DNA of 64,000 nt, from the NCBI GenBank assembly GCA_900316505.1, contig ONDH01000005.1:48053-112052 (forward strand). The letters are read 5' to 3'. The DNA is from an uncultured Prevotellaceae bacterium (GTDB taxonomy: Bacteria; Bacteroidota; Bacteroidia; Bacteroidales; Bacteroidaceae). This document shows positions 9,024 to 17,458 of the stretch, in pieces; the first letter of the stretch is position 1, and the number at the start of each line of letters is the position of its first letter. Both the position numbers and the translations under genes were made by a program. The notes beneath the pieces are model-generated. The model was not told the origin of the DNA and did no database searches. It was given only the letters and a program-made list of their open reading frames with translations.

Positions 9024-10064
9024 ATGAACAACGTATTTGTATATTGTGAACTTGAAGGCAACAAGGTTGCTGACGTAAGTTTGGAGCTTTGCACCAAAGG
9101 TCGCAAACTCGCCAACCAGCTTGGTGTACAGTTGGAGGCTGTCCTCGTAGGCTACAACCTCGATGGCGTTGAAAAACAAGTGATTCCTTACGGTGTTGAC
9201 CGCGTACACATCTTCGACGCTGAAGGTCTTTTCCCATACACTTCTCTCCCACACACTTCTGCTGTGGTGAACCTTTTCAAGGAAGAGAAGCCACAGATTT
9301 GCCTTTTGGGTGCTACCGTCATCGGTCGTGACCTTGGTCCTCGTGTGTCTTCTGCACTCCATTCTGGTTTGACAGCTGACTGCACACAGTTGGAGATTGG
9401 CTCATTCGACATGAAGGTGAAGGATGCTGAGGGCAATATGGTCGACAAGCATTACGAAGACCAGCTCTATCAGATTCGTCCAGCTTTCGGTGGTTCCATC
9501 ATCGCAACCATCGTCAACCCCGAACATCGCCCACAGATGGCAACCGTTCGTGACGGTGTGATGAAGAAGGAAATCCTCGACGAGAACTACAAGGCAGAAG
9601 TGGTGAAGCACGACGTGGCCAAGTATATTCCAACCACTGACTATGTGGTGAAGGTGCTCGACCGTCATGTGGAGAAAGCAAAGCACAACCTCAAGGGTGC
9701 TCCCATCATCGTGGCAGGTGGTTACGGTGTAGGTGGTCCTGAAGGATTCAACCTCCTGTTCGAACTCGCTAAGGAGCTTCACGCAGAAGTGGGTGCCAGC
9801 CGTGCTGCTGTTGATGCAGGTTGGATTGACCACGACCGTCAGATTGGTCAGACAGGTACCACTGTACGTCCTAAGGTGTATATCGCCTGCGGTATCTCTG
9901 GCGCTATCCAGCACGTGGCAGGCATGAAGGACTCAGGTATCATCATCTCCATCAACAACGACCCACAGGCTCCTATCAACCAGATTGCCGACTACATTAT
10001 CAACGGAACCATCGAAGAGGTTGTTCCAAAGTTGATTAAGTATTATAAGAAGAACTCCAAGTAA
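9024..10064 (+). CDS. etfA: Electron transfer flavoprotein subunit alpha
   Basis: C-terminal FAD-binding region GASRAAVDAGW...QIGQTGTTVRPKVYIACGISGAIQH. Confidence 0.9.
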   Translation: MNNVFVYCELEGNKVADVSLELCTKGRKLANQLGVQLEAVLVGYNLDGVEKQVIPYGVDRVHIFDAEGLFPYTSLPHTSAVVNLFKEEKPQICLLGATVIGRDLGPRVSSALHSGLTADCTQLEIGSFDMKVKDAEGNMVDKHYEDQLYQIRPAFGGSIIATIVNPEHRPQMATVRDGVMKKEILDENYKAEVVKHDVAKYIPTTDYVVKVLDRHVEKAKHNLKGAPIIVAGGYGVGGPEGFNLLFELAKELHAEVGASRAAVDAGWIDHDRQIGQTGTTVRPKVYIACGISGAIQHVAGMKDSGIIISINNDPQAPINQIADYIINGTIEEVVPKLIKYYKKNSK

Positions 10065-10065
10065 T

Positions 10066-10239
10066 ATGAAGAAAAAAGTCTTGGTTTTAATTCTCTATGT
10101 TGCATCTGTTATATTTTTAATGTACCGTTCACTCCAGACAGACCATGAGTTGTGGCATAGATTATTAAGTGAAGTTTTTGCAATATATTTTGCTATACGC
10201 TTCTACGATACCTGTAAAGACTTTAAGAATAAAAAATAG
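10066..10239 (+). CDS. Possible small membrane protein (57 aa), not in the ORF track
   Basis: The ATG lies 1 nt after the etfA stop and the TAG lies 4 nt before the acyl-CoA dehydrogenase ATG. The translation is MKKKVLVLILYVASVIFLMYRSLQTDHELWHRLLSEVFAIYFAIRFYDTCKDFKNKK, with a hydrophobic N-terminal helix. No homology evidence. Confidence 0.4.
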   Translation: MKKKVLVLILYVASVIFLMYRSLQTDHELWHRLLSEVFAIYFAIRFYDTCKDFKNKK

Positions 10240-10243
10240 AATT

Positions 10244-11953
10244 ATGGCTAATTCCTATACAGATGTTCCTGAGATTAAATTCCACATGGAACACCCTTTG
10301 ATGAAACGCATCGTTGAGTTGAAGGAGAGAAACTATGCTGACTACGGTCAGTATGACTATGCACCCAAGAACTACGAGGATGCACAGGAGAACTATGACA
10401 GCCTGCTCGAAATCACAGGCGACATCAACGCCAACATCATCGGCCCCAATTCTGAGGATGTCGATGCTGAAGGTCCTCACTGCGAGAACGGCCGTGTGCG
10501 CTATGCCTCTAAGACCTACGAGAACCTCGATGCAACAATCAAGGCTGGTCTCTGCGGCATGACCATGCCACGTCGTTACGGCGGCCTCAATCTGCCCAAC
10601 GTGGTTTACACCGCTGCCAACGAAATCATCGCTGAGGGTGATGCAGGCTTCGAAAACATCTGGTCACTCCAGGATTGCATCGAGACGCTCTATGAGTTTG
10701 GTGACGAAGATCAGCGCAAGCGTTACATTCCCCGTGTTTGTGCAGGTGAAACCATGTCAATGGACCTCACAGAGCCAGATGCAGGTTCCGACCTCCAGTC
10801 TGTGATGCTCAAGGCCACCTTCGACGAGAAGGAGAACTGCTGGCGCCTCAACGGTGTGAAGCGTTTCATCACTAATGGTGACGCTGATATCCACCTCGTG
10901 CTGGCTCGTTCTGTGGAAGGCACTCGCGACGGTCGTGGTCTTTCCATGTTCATCTACGACAAGCGCAACGGCGGTGTGAACGTGCGCCGCATCGAGAACA
11001 AGCTCGGTATCCACGGAAGCCCAACCTGTGAGCTCGTTTACAAGAACGCCAAGGCAGAACTCTGTGGCTCTGAGAAACTCGGTCTTATCAAGTATGTGAT
11101 GGGTCTGATGAACGGTGCCCGTCTCGGCATCGCCTCCCAGTCAGTCGGTGCAGAGCAGGCAGCTTACGAAGAAGCCATCAACTACGCTCGCGACCGCAAG
11201 CAGTTCGGAAAGGAGATCATCCACTTCCCAGCCGTTTACGACATGATTGCCCGCATCAAGGCAAAGCTCGACGCAGGTCGTTCACTCCTTTACATGACTG
11301 CCCGCTATGTCGATATCTACAAGTGCCTCGACGACATCAGCAAGGAGCGCAAGCTCACTCCTGAGGAGCGCGACGAGTTCAAGAAGTACAGCAAGCTTGC
11401 TGATGCCTTCACGCCACTCGCCAAGGGTATGAACTCCGAGTTCGCCAACGAATCTGCATACGACTCCATCCAGGTGCACGGCGGTTCAGGCTTCATGCTT
11501 GAGTACAAGTGCCAGCGCGTCTATCGCGATGCCCGCATCATGTCCATCTACGAGGGTACCACACAGCTCCAGACGGTTGCAGCCATCCGCTACATCACCT
11601 CTGGCTTCTATGCTGGTGTCATCAAGGACTTCGAAGCAGAACCCGTTGCTGCTGAGTATGCAGCTTATGCAGAGCGCATCAAGGCAATGAACGAGAAGTT
11701 GACCGCAGCCATTGAGGCAGCAAAAGCCCCTGGCAATCAGGACTTCCTCGACCTCTGCGCCCGCAAGCTCTACGAGATGACTGCCTACGTCATCATGAGC
11801 CACCTCCTTCTTCAGGACACCCAGCGTGCTCCCGAACTCTTCGGCAAGTCTCTCGTAGTCTTCATGAACTACGCCGAGAGCGAAGTGGCAAAGCACAGCA
11901 ACTACATCAACGCCCTCGACGTTGACCAGTTGGCAAGCTACGTGCAAGAGTAA
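10244..11953 (+). CDS. Acyl-CoA dehydrogenase family protein (long form, ETF-linked)
   Basis: Acyl-CoA dehydrogenase sequence character, including the ARIMSIYEGTTQLQ region. The operon context is etfBA. The ATG at 10244 is preferred over the GTG at 10169, which overlaps the small ORF. Confidence 0.85.
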   Translation: MANSYTDVPEIKFHMEHPLMKRIVELKERNYADYGQYDYAPKNYEDAQENYDSLLEITGDINANIIGPNSEDVDAEGPHCENGRVRYASKTYENLDATIKAGLCGMTMPRRYGGLNLPNVVYTAANEIIAEGDAGFENIWSLQDCIETLYEFGDEDQRKRYIPRVCAGETMSMDLTEPDAGSDLQSVMLKATFDEKENCWRLNGVKRFITNGDADIHLVLARSVEGTRDGRGLSMFIYDKRNGGVNVRRIENKLGIHGSPTCELVYKNAKAELCGSEKLGLIKYVMGLMNGARLGIASQSVGAEQAAYEEAINYARDRKQFGKEIIHFPAVYDMIARIKAKLDAGRSLLYMTARYVDIYKCLDDISKERKLTPEERDEFKKYSKLADAFTPLAKGMNSEFANESAYDSIQVHGGSGFMLEYKCQRVYRDARIMSIYEGTTQLQTVAAIRYITSGFYAGVIKDFEAEPVAAEYAAYAERIKAMNEKLTAAIEAAKAPGNQDFLDLCARKLYEMTAYVIMSHLLLQDTQRAPELFGKSLVVFMNYAESEVAKHSNYINALDVDQLASYVQE

Positions 11954-12009
11954 GACATACACATATTATATAATGAAGGGCTGGCTCCGACGAGGAAGTC
12001 AGCCCTTTT
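11873..12009 (+). repeat. Copy A of a 137-bp repeat (last 26 codons of the acyl-CoA dehydrogenase, its stop and its terminator)
   Basis: Aligns by eye with 13281-13418, with about a dozen mismatches. Confidence 0.85.
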
Positions 12010-12010
12010 T
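11978..12010 (+). terminator. Rho-independent terminator of the etf-acd operon
   Basis: GGGCTGGCT...AGTCAGCCC stem followed by TTTTT. Confidence 0.7.
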
Positions 12011-12036
12011 ATGCCAAGGAAAAAACAAAGTCCATA

Positions 12037-13170
12037 TCAACTTCTTCTCAACCAAGTCGCCATGAATTTATCATAAAGTTCATAAACTCCTTGATAGTGA
12101 GTCAGCAATTGCTTGGCCAGAAGGATAGAAGCCGCTTTCTGCACACTGCTGGCAGAAGGCAGGTGATGACGTTTCAAGAAAGAAGACCCAGTGATTTGGC
12201 TTGCCTTCCCTTCCTTGCTGATAGCGATGAAGAGGTCACGCTGCTTAGTTGTGAGTTGGAAAAGCATATCCTTATAGGCTTCCTCATTCTGATGGACGAT
12301 TTGACTCTCAGCCTTATCAATGTCAGCAAGTGAGACGGTATAACCTTTCGGAGTAATGGCAAACAATTGATTGAGCATCTTCTGGATGTACCATGTGATA
12401 CCGTCAAAACGTTCGTATATCGTGCCGACCACCCCATCTGCTATCTCTTTCCCATAGTCCAGAAAGTGCTTCTTAGCAAAATTCTCATACGCTTCCAGCG
12501 GCACTGGTTTCAGAAACATCAGTGACACACTCTGGTAGAAAGGACGAGCGGGAGAGGAAAACATCTCACTCATCATACTTTGTTGTGAGCCCGAAAAGAC
12601 AAAGACCGCATTACGACACTGCTGAACGTAGGTACGGAGCATTGCCTCCACATTGCTCTCCTGATATTGAGAGATGGTCTGAAACTCATCTATAGCCACT
12701 ATACATGGCCTCTCCGCTGACTGAAGATAACTGAAAATCTCTTCCAGCGTGAAAACAGGAGATTTGATGTCACCAATGCCAAGATTCCAACTGGCATTGC
12801 CCTGTCCATCAAAAGAAATGCCTGTACGCAACGATGTGACCACTTGCAAAAACTTGTCAATAGCCGCCTGTCCACGAGGTTTCAGCCGCCTCACGATGCC
12901 GTGCCCCAACTGATACACCATGTCCTGCAACGTCTTGGTTGCATAGATGTCAATCAAGAACGTGTAGTAATGCTCACTCAAACGAGGATTGGCAAAACAA
13001 TGGCGAATCAGCCCCGTCTTTCCCATGCGACGAGGAGAAATCAGTGCTGTATGATTGCCATTCACAAGCAGAGACATCAGTTGTTCCGCCTCAGCCTCAC
13101 GGTCACAGAAATATTCTGGCGACTCATATCCGTAGGTGATGAAAGGGTTTTCTATCATGACCACAAGCAT
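12037..13170 (-). CDS. AAA-type ATP-binding protein (archaeal-ATPase/DUF234-like family)
   Basis: Walker A SPRRMGKTGL and Walker B-like CIVAIDEFQ. The size and sequence character match the ATP-binding proteins common in Bacteroidales. A second ATG at 13158 is an alternative start. Confidence 0.75.
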   Translation of the reverse strand: MLVVMIENPFITYGYESPEYFCDREAEAEQLMSLLVNGNHTALISPRRMGKTGLIRHCFANPRLSEHYYTFLIDIYATKTLQDMVYQLGHGIVRRLKPRGQAAIDKFLQVVTSLRTGISFDGQGNASWNLGIGDIKSPVFTLEEIFSYLQSAERPCIVAIDEFQTISQYQESNVEAMLRTYVQQCRNAVFVFSGSQQSMMSEMFSSPARPFYQSVSLMFLKPVPLEAYENFAKKHFLDYGKEIADGVVGTIYERFDGITWYIQKMLNQLFAITPKGYTVSLADIDKAESQIVHQNEEAYKDMLFQLTTKQRDLFIAISKEGKASQITGSSFLKRHHLPSASSVQKAASILLAKQLLTHYQGVYELYDKFMATWLRRS

Positions 13171-13280
13171 TAAATGTTATTTTCGCCACAAAAATACCGC
13201 TTTTCCCACAATCCAACAAACTTTTATCCAAAAAAGATAATCTCAAAAGGATAATTTACAAAAGAAAGTCCACAAATCAT

Positions 13281-13418
13281 GCCGAGAGCGAAGTGGCAAA
13301 GCACAGCAACTACATCAACGCACTCGATGTTGAGCAGTTGCCAAACCACGTGCAGGAATAAGATACACACATATTATAATAAAAGGGCTGGCTCCGATGA
13401 GGAAGTCAGCCCATTTTT
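13281..13418 (+). pseudogene. Detached, diverged copy (copy B) of the acyl-CoA dehydrogenase 3' end plus terminator
   Basis: Encodes AESEVAKHSNYINALDVEQLPNHVQE*, against AESEVAKHSNYINALDVDQLASYVQE* in the intact gene. It is followed by the same hairpin (13385-13412) and a T-run. Confidence 0.8.
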
Positions 13419-13419
13419 T
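13385..13419 (+). terminator. Duplicate terminator hairpin belonging to repeat copy B
   Basis: GGGCTG...CAGCCC stem followed by a TTTTTT run. Confidence 0.6.
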
Positions 13420-13777
13420 GTTCCTTTGAGAATTTTATCCAATAAAGACAATCCTTTCAGGATAATTATTTGGTTGGGGCAAAAAGAAAAAACAAACTTT
13501 TTCACAAACTTGTGATTCACAAAGTTGTGAAAAGGCGTGTTTTTTCTCTGTTACAGACTGAAAACCACCCTGTTCTTGGCAAATAAATCTTTTGTATGTT
13601 CAGTCAAAGGTGAGGTGTGGGAGGTTGTTGACGATGTCCACTGTTTGGGTGCTGACGTTGATGACAGCACGGATAATGTAATAGTTCTGATGGAAGGCAC
13701 ATCCTCCCAGGAAATGCATTCGTTTCATCATCATATACCATTAATTTCTGTTTCCTCCAGAATAGCTAAAAAAACGT

Positions 13778-15406
13778 TTACTGAAATATAGAATATTTCT
13801 CCACGTCATTATTGTTCACAAACCGATAACCAGCGACATCCATAACGGCATAAATGAATTTGTCAGTACAGAATAGTTTGTTCATGGCAGACTTCATCTT
13901 CTCTATTTTGTCAGGATGGAGTTCTTGGAAAACAGGGGAAACATAGATCATGAATGGTATTTTCTTGCCTTGTGCTTGCGATTCCTCCGTTGCTTTTGCA
14001 TGTCCAAAATAGTTGGGGTCGGTATCAAAAAGGTCTAATCCATGATCGGAGAAGTAGAATACAACAGCATCTTGCTCCTTGTATCTGTCCATGATGGAGT
14101 TGACGACGAAATCGTTGTAAAGGGTAGCATTGTCGTAGGCTGCCAAAATTTTTCTTTGATGTTCAGGACACTCCTCATAGTCTTTTCCGTTGAACTGCTC
14201 GTAATCATGCGGATAGCGCTCTTCAAACTTCTCGTGCTGTCCCATAAAATGATAGAAAACGACGTTCTTTCCTCGAGTCTTGGCAGATTCTTTTCCTATC
14301 AGTCCTCCGTCACACCTATCGGATTTCTTTTCATTCTCTAAGAAAAATTTCTCATCGCACAACTGAGCATGTCCACTGGGGAGATTGTCAAACATACCTT
14401 TTTCAGATTGGTTGGAAATCCATGCTGTATAATACCCGGCAATTTTCATCACTTCAATGATATTGGTATGTTCATACCACGGAAACCCATCTTCATGACC
14501 TATTTGATATGTGTTCAACAAATATTTGAAAGCCGCGGTAGTGTGAGAGCAGGGACTCGTTACCTGCTTATAGACGAACAGATTCCCGTCTTCCACTTGC
14601 TTTTTCAAAAGCGGATTCGTATTTCTTTTATATCCATACAAGGAACTATGGTTCAGTGAAAATGATTCACCCAATATAATGATAATCCGTGAAGGGTGAA
14701 TGCTATCACACTCTTCAATTTGAGGGTGAGTTGGGTGATTCTTCAAATCCACAACTTCTTCAAAGTTAAAAGTCCAACGCTCTTTGTCCACAAATTCTTC
14801 TTGGATGATGCCGGAGTTACGCCATATGGCACAGATAGAAATCAACAACATTCCACCTGCAACTATCCATAATTTTCCCCAACTCACCTTTTGTATTTTG
14901 GGAAGTAGAATAGCAATGACGATACTGAGGACAATGATAGAAAAGAACAAGGCAACTTGTTCCCATGAGATGAATGTATCAAAGTATTCTTTCGCCTCAT
15001 CTGGATTAGTGGCTGCCACGATTTGAATGAAATCATTAGAAAGTAGACATCCATATACATGATAGCAATAGAGATTCAATATGGAGAGTAATGTTGTCAG
15101 GATGAATACTATAGGCTTCAACACCCTTGCTATTTTCTGAAATAGATTGAGCACCACCACGATGATATAGGTAATGATGTAATACATCATGGCGAGATAA
15201 ATTGCATAAGTAGGATGTCCCAATTGTGAATAGCAATTGGGGAGAGCAATGAGCACCCACAACAATAAGAAATAGAACCAATCCTGTTGGAAAGGAAATA
15301 GAAGTTTTTCTTTGCAAAGTGCCAATATGGCACATACATTAAGACGTTTCGTGCCAGAACGCCTTGACTTAGGGGAACCATCCTCTCTTTTTAGATTCTC
15401 ATGCAT
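13778..15406 (-). CDS. Phosphoethanolamine-transferase-like membrane sulfatase-superfamily enzyme
   Basis: N-terminal multi-TM region, then alkaline-phosphatase/sulfatase-fold motifs IIILGESFSLNHSSLYGY, FYHFMGQHEKFEERYP and YFSDHG. Confidence 0.75.
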   Translation of the reverse strand: MHENLKREDGSPKSRRSGTKRLNVCAILALCKEKLLFPFQQDWFYFLLLWVLIALPNCYSQLGHPTYAIYLAMMYYIITYIIVVVLNLFQKIARVLKPIVFILTTLLSILNLYCYHVYGCLLSNDFIQIVAATNPDEAKEYFDTFISWEQVALFFSIIVLSIVIAILLPKIQKVSWGKLWIVAGGMLLISICAIWRNSGIIQEEFVDKERWTFNFEEVVDLKNHPTHPQIEECDSIHPSRIIIILGESFSLNHSSLYGYKRNTNPLLKKQVEDGNLFVYKQVTSPCSHTTAAFKYLLNTYQIGHEDGFPWYEHTNIIEVMKIAGYYTAWISNQSEKGMFDNLPSGHAQLCDEKFFLENEKKSDRCDGGLIGKESAKTRGKNVVFYHFMGQHEKFEERYPHDYEQFNGKDYEECPEHQRKILAAYDNATLYNDFVVNSIMDRYKEQDAVVFYFSDHGLDLFDTDPNYFGHAKATEESQAQGKKIPFMIYVSPVFQELHPDKIEKMKSAMNKLFCTDKFIYAVMDVAGYRFVNNNDVEKYSIFQ

Positions 15407-15876
15407 AGTTGGTCGGACGCTTTTGAAATCTAATTATTCATATAATTGGGCATAAGGAAAGCGTACCGCTTTCCGTGTTTCATTCCTGTACTCAGGTAGT
15501 GTCCGACCAAAGATTTAACCTTCTCACTGAAATGAAGAGAAAGGGTACGCCCAAACATGAGCGTATCCCGTTCCTCAGATTCAGTGATTTGTCTGGTCGG
15601 ACTATTTTTGAATACAGAACCTTCAGAATTGAATACGTTGATTCAATATACCCACAATGTCTGCGAACGAACGGCATGGGATGCCGAAAGCTTGCGAAGG
15701 CAAAAGTACGGAAAAAAAAGAAAAGCCAAAAAGGTTGGGAGGAGTTTTTGTAAAAAAGGGGGATGAATGGCGTTGAAAAGGGACTATTTTGATACTGAGG
15801 TAAAGAAAAAAGGAGAAAGAGTGAAAAGGAAGTGACGTTTCCTCTCTTTAGGTTTGCGAATGTCCTGCCGAATGCC

Positions 15877-15884
15877 TATCTTTG
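15877..15884 (+). promoter_or_regulatory. -7 promoter box TATCTTTG upstream of the HU-like gene
   Basis: Exact TAnnTTTG match, immediately 5' of the 14-bp inverted repeat. Confidence 0.4.
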
Positions 15885-15971
15885 TACCTCAAAAGGGGTG
15901 AGAGTCTCACCTATGGTATAGGTCAGAGTCTCACGTGTGGTATAGATGAGAGTCTTACCCCTTTTGAGGTA
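15885..15971 (+). other. 87-nt palindromic element: 14-bp perfect inverted repeat (tacctcaaaagggg / ccccttttgaggta) enclosing 2.5 tandem 24-nt units
   Basis: Arms at 15885-15898 and 15958-15971. The interior reads gagagtctcacctatggtataggt / cagagtctcacgtgtggtatagat / gagagtctta. Confidence 0.6.
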
Positions 15972-15989
15972 CTTAAAGAAAGGAAAGAC

Positions 15990-16391
15990 ATGTTAATCGT
16001 AAGGAAAGCAAAAAAGAAAATCGTGCGGCCTGACGGGCTGCACGAAGCGTGGGTGTATCAGTCACCCGCCCTGCCGCTCATCGCGTTCAAAGACGTGGTG
16101 AAGGAGTGTGCCGAATCGTGTGGTGAGCATCCCAGCAAGACGACGGGTGTGGTCGCCGCGCTGATGGATCGCATTGCGCATTATCTGAAAATCGGGCGTT
16201 CAGTTCGCATTGACGGTATCGGCACGCTCAAGCCAGTCATCAGTTCGGAATCTGCCGCCACGGCGGATGAACTGGACACCCCAGAAATCAGCATCAAGGG
16301 GGTGAAACTGCGATTCTATCCGCACCAACCCTTACAGCAGGCGATTGCGGAGAACGGGTACGAGTACCAGCCGGAACTGGATGACAAATAA
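15990..16391 (+). CDS. HU-like DNA-binding protein (Bacteroidales HU_HIG type)
   Basis: MLIVRKAKKKIVRPDG...VRIDGIGTLKPVI...GVKLRFYP, with HU-fold character shared with the ORFs at 35350 and 35841. The track start at 15882 lies inside the palindromic element. Confidence 0.75.
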   Translation: MLIVRKAKKKIVRPDGLHEAWVYQSPALPLIAFKDVVKECAESCGEHPSKTTGVVAALMDRIAHYLKIGRSVRIDGIGTLKPVISSESAATADELDTPEISIKGVKLRFYPHQPLQQAIAENGYEYQPELDDK

Positions 16392-16398
16392 GAGGGAG

Positions 16399-16716
16399 TC
16401 AGAGCATCGGCAGGAGGGTGTCGATGAGATAGACGATGATGCAGCAGATGAGGGCGACTGGAAAGAGTCCTAAACCATACCATGCGGCAATGAGACCGAC
16501 CACAAGGGCGATGACTCCTGCAAGAGGGGTGAGGGTGGTCTCAATGATGGCAGGGAAGGTCATCACGGCAAGAGTGACGTAGGGCACGTAATAGAGGAAA
16601 CTGCGCAGGAAGGTGTTGCGGATTGGACCTTTGATGAGCAGCATGGGCAGGACACGAATCAGGTTCGTGACCAGAATCGCCAATAGGATATAAAGAATGG
16701 GGCTATTCTGTTCCAT
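16399..16716 (-). CDS. azlD: Branched-chain amino acid transport protein AzlD
   Basis: About 105-aa hydrophobic protein from MEQNSPILYILLAILVTNLIRVLPML. It overlaps the azlC end by 14 nt. Confidence 0.8.
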   Translation of the reverse strand: MEQNSPILYILLAILVTNLIRVLPMLLIKGPIRNTFLRSFLYYVPYVTLAVMTFPAIIETTLTPLAGVIALVVGLIAAWYGLGLFPVALICCIIVYLIDTLLPML

Positions 16717-17452
16717 TTGATTCGCGTTTTTTGATAGGTCGAAGCCATGCCACGACAGATGAAATAAGAATGGTGAGCAGGATGGTGCGTGTGCCACTGC
16801 TCCATTGACTGACAACAGGAGCGACAGCGCAAATGCCACTCAGGAGAAAGCTGGCAATGAGGGCATAGAGCACATTGCGGTCGGCACGTGCTGGGGGCAC
16901 GATGATGGCAAGGAACATGCCATAGAGAGCCACACTGAGGGCTGAAACGATGTGGGTGGGCAGCATTCCACCTGCCACAATACCGATAGCGCAGCCAGAT
17001 GCCCAAAACAAGGAGGAGATGAGAGCAGCCGAATAGGTGTAGGCAGGAGGTGTGTAACCTTCGTGATTGACAGATATGCCAAAGATTTCGTCGGTGATAC
17101 AGCATGCCATGAGCAAACGATGAAGCCATGAGGTGGCAGGTGCGAGCTTCTGCGAGAGGGCTGCACTCATGAGCATATACCGAAGGTTGGTGACAAGACA
17201 CATGGCGATGAGTTCCACGTAGGTGGCATGGATAGCCACAAGGGTGTAAACGCCATACTCTCCTGCGGAGGCGCGGGTGAAGAAACTGCTGAAGAAGCCT
17301 AAAGGGGCGGTAAGTCCTGCCTTCTTGGCGATGATGCCCAAAGAAAAGGCTACGGCAAAATAGCCGAGGGCGATGGGAGTGCCATCGCGTAACCCCTCAG
17401 CGATGTTGCGCAGGGGTACATTAGATTCGTTCTTCACGGCAAAACCCTTCAT
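16703..17452 (-). CDS. azlC: AzlC-family branched-chain amino acid permease
   Basis: 249-aa polytopic protein with AzlC-like sequence character, paired with azlD. Confidence 0.85.
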   Translation of the reverse strand: MKGFAVKNESNVPLRNIAEGLRDGTPIALGYFAVAFSLGIIAKKAGLTAPLGFFSSFFTRASAGEYGVYTLVAIHATYVELIAMCLVTNLRYMLMSAALSQKLAPATSWLHRLLMACCITDEIFGISVNHEGYTPPAYTYSAALISSLFWASGCAIGIVAGGMLPTHIVSALSVALYGMFLAIIVPPARADRNVLYALIASFLLSGICAVAPVVSQWSSGTRTILLTILISSVVAWLRPIKKRESNGTE

Positions 17453-17458
17453 TCTCTC

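Noticed and set aside
8197-9252. 351-aa minus-strand ORF opposite etfB/etfA. Similar long antisense ORFs occur at 1329..2036, 22645..23619, 24935..26275, 40270..41475, 43093..43965 and 56593..57603.
   Set aside because: Each lies antisense to a gene with strong family signatures. Their translations are low-complexity and rich in His, Arg and Cys, with no recognisable motifs. Long antisense ORFs are expected from the codon bias of the real genes.
10169-10243. GTG-started extension of the acyl-CoA dehydrogenase
   Set aside because: The ATG at 10244 gives a plausible N-terminus (MANSYTDVPEIKFHMEHPL). The extension overlaps the tightly packed small ORF in another frame.
13279-13515. 78-aa + ORF downstream of the ATPase gene
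   Set aside because: It is an out-of-frame read across the duplicated acyl-CoA dehydrogenase 3' end and its terminator, not an independent gene. It is reported instead as a gene fragment/repeat.
13537-13791. 84-aa + ORF. Similar short intergenic ORFs occur at 15475..15753, 15557..15766 and 58106..58360.
   Set aside because: They lie in repeat- or purine-rich intergenic DNA, lack start context and recognisable motifs, and some are simply translations of the tandem-repeat elements (for example SYRSYRSYRFAR).
15882-15989. N-terminal extension of the HU-like ORF
   Set aside because: The extension is a translation of the palindromic element (GESLTYGIGQSLTCGIDESLT). The ATG at 15990 gives a protein that lines up with the other HU-like paralogues.
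16717-16839. Upstream extension of azlD overlapping azlC by about 137 nt
   Set aside because: The start at 16716 gives the typical 105-aa AzlD with a 14-nt overlap, and the extension has no hydrophobic-helix pattern.
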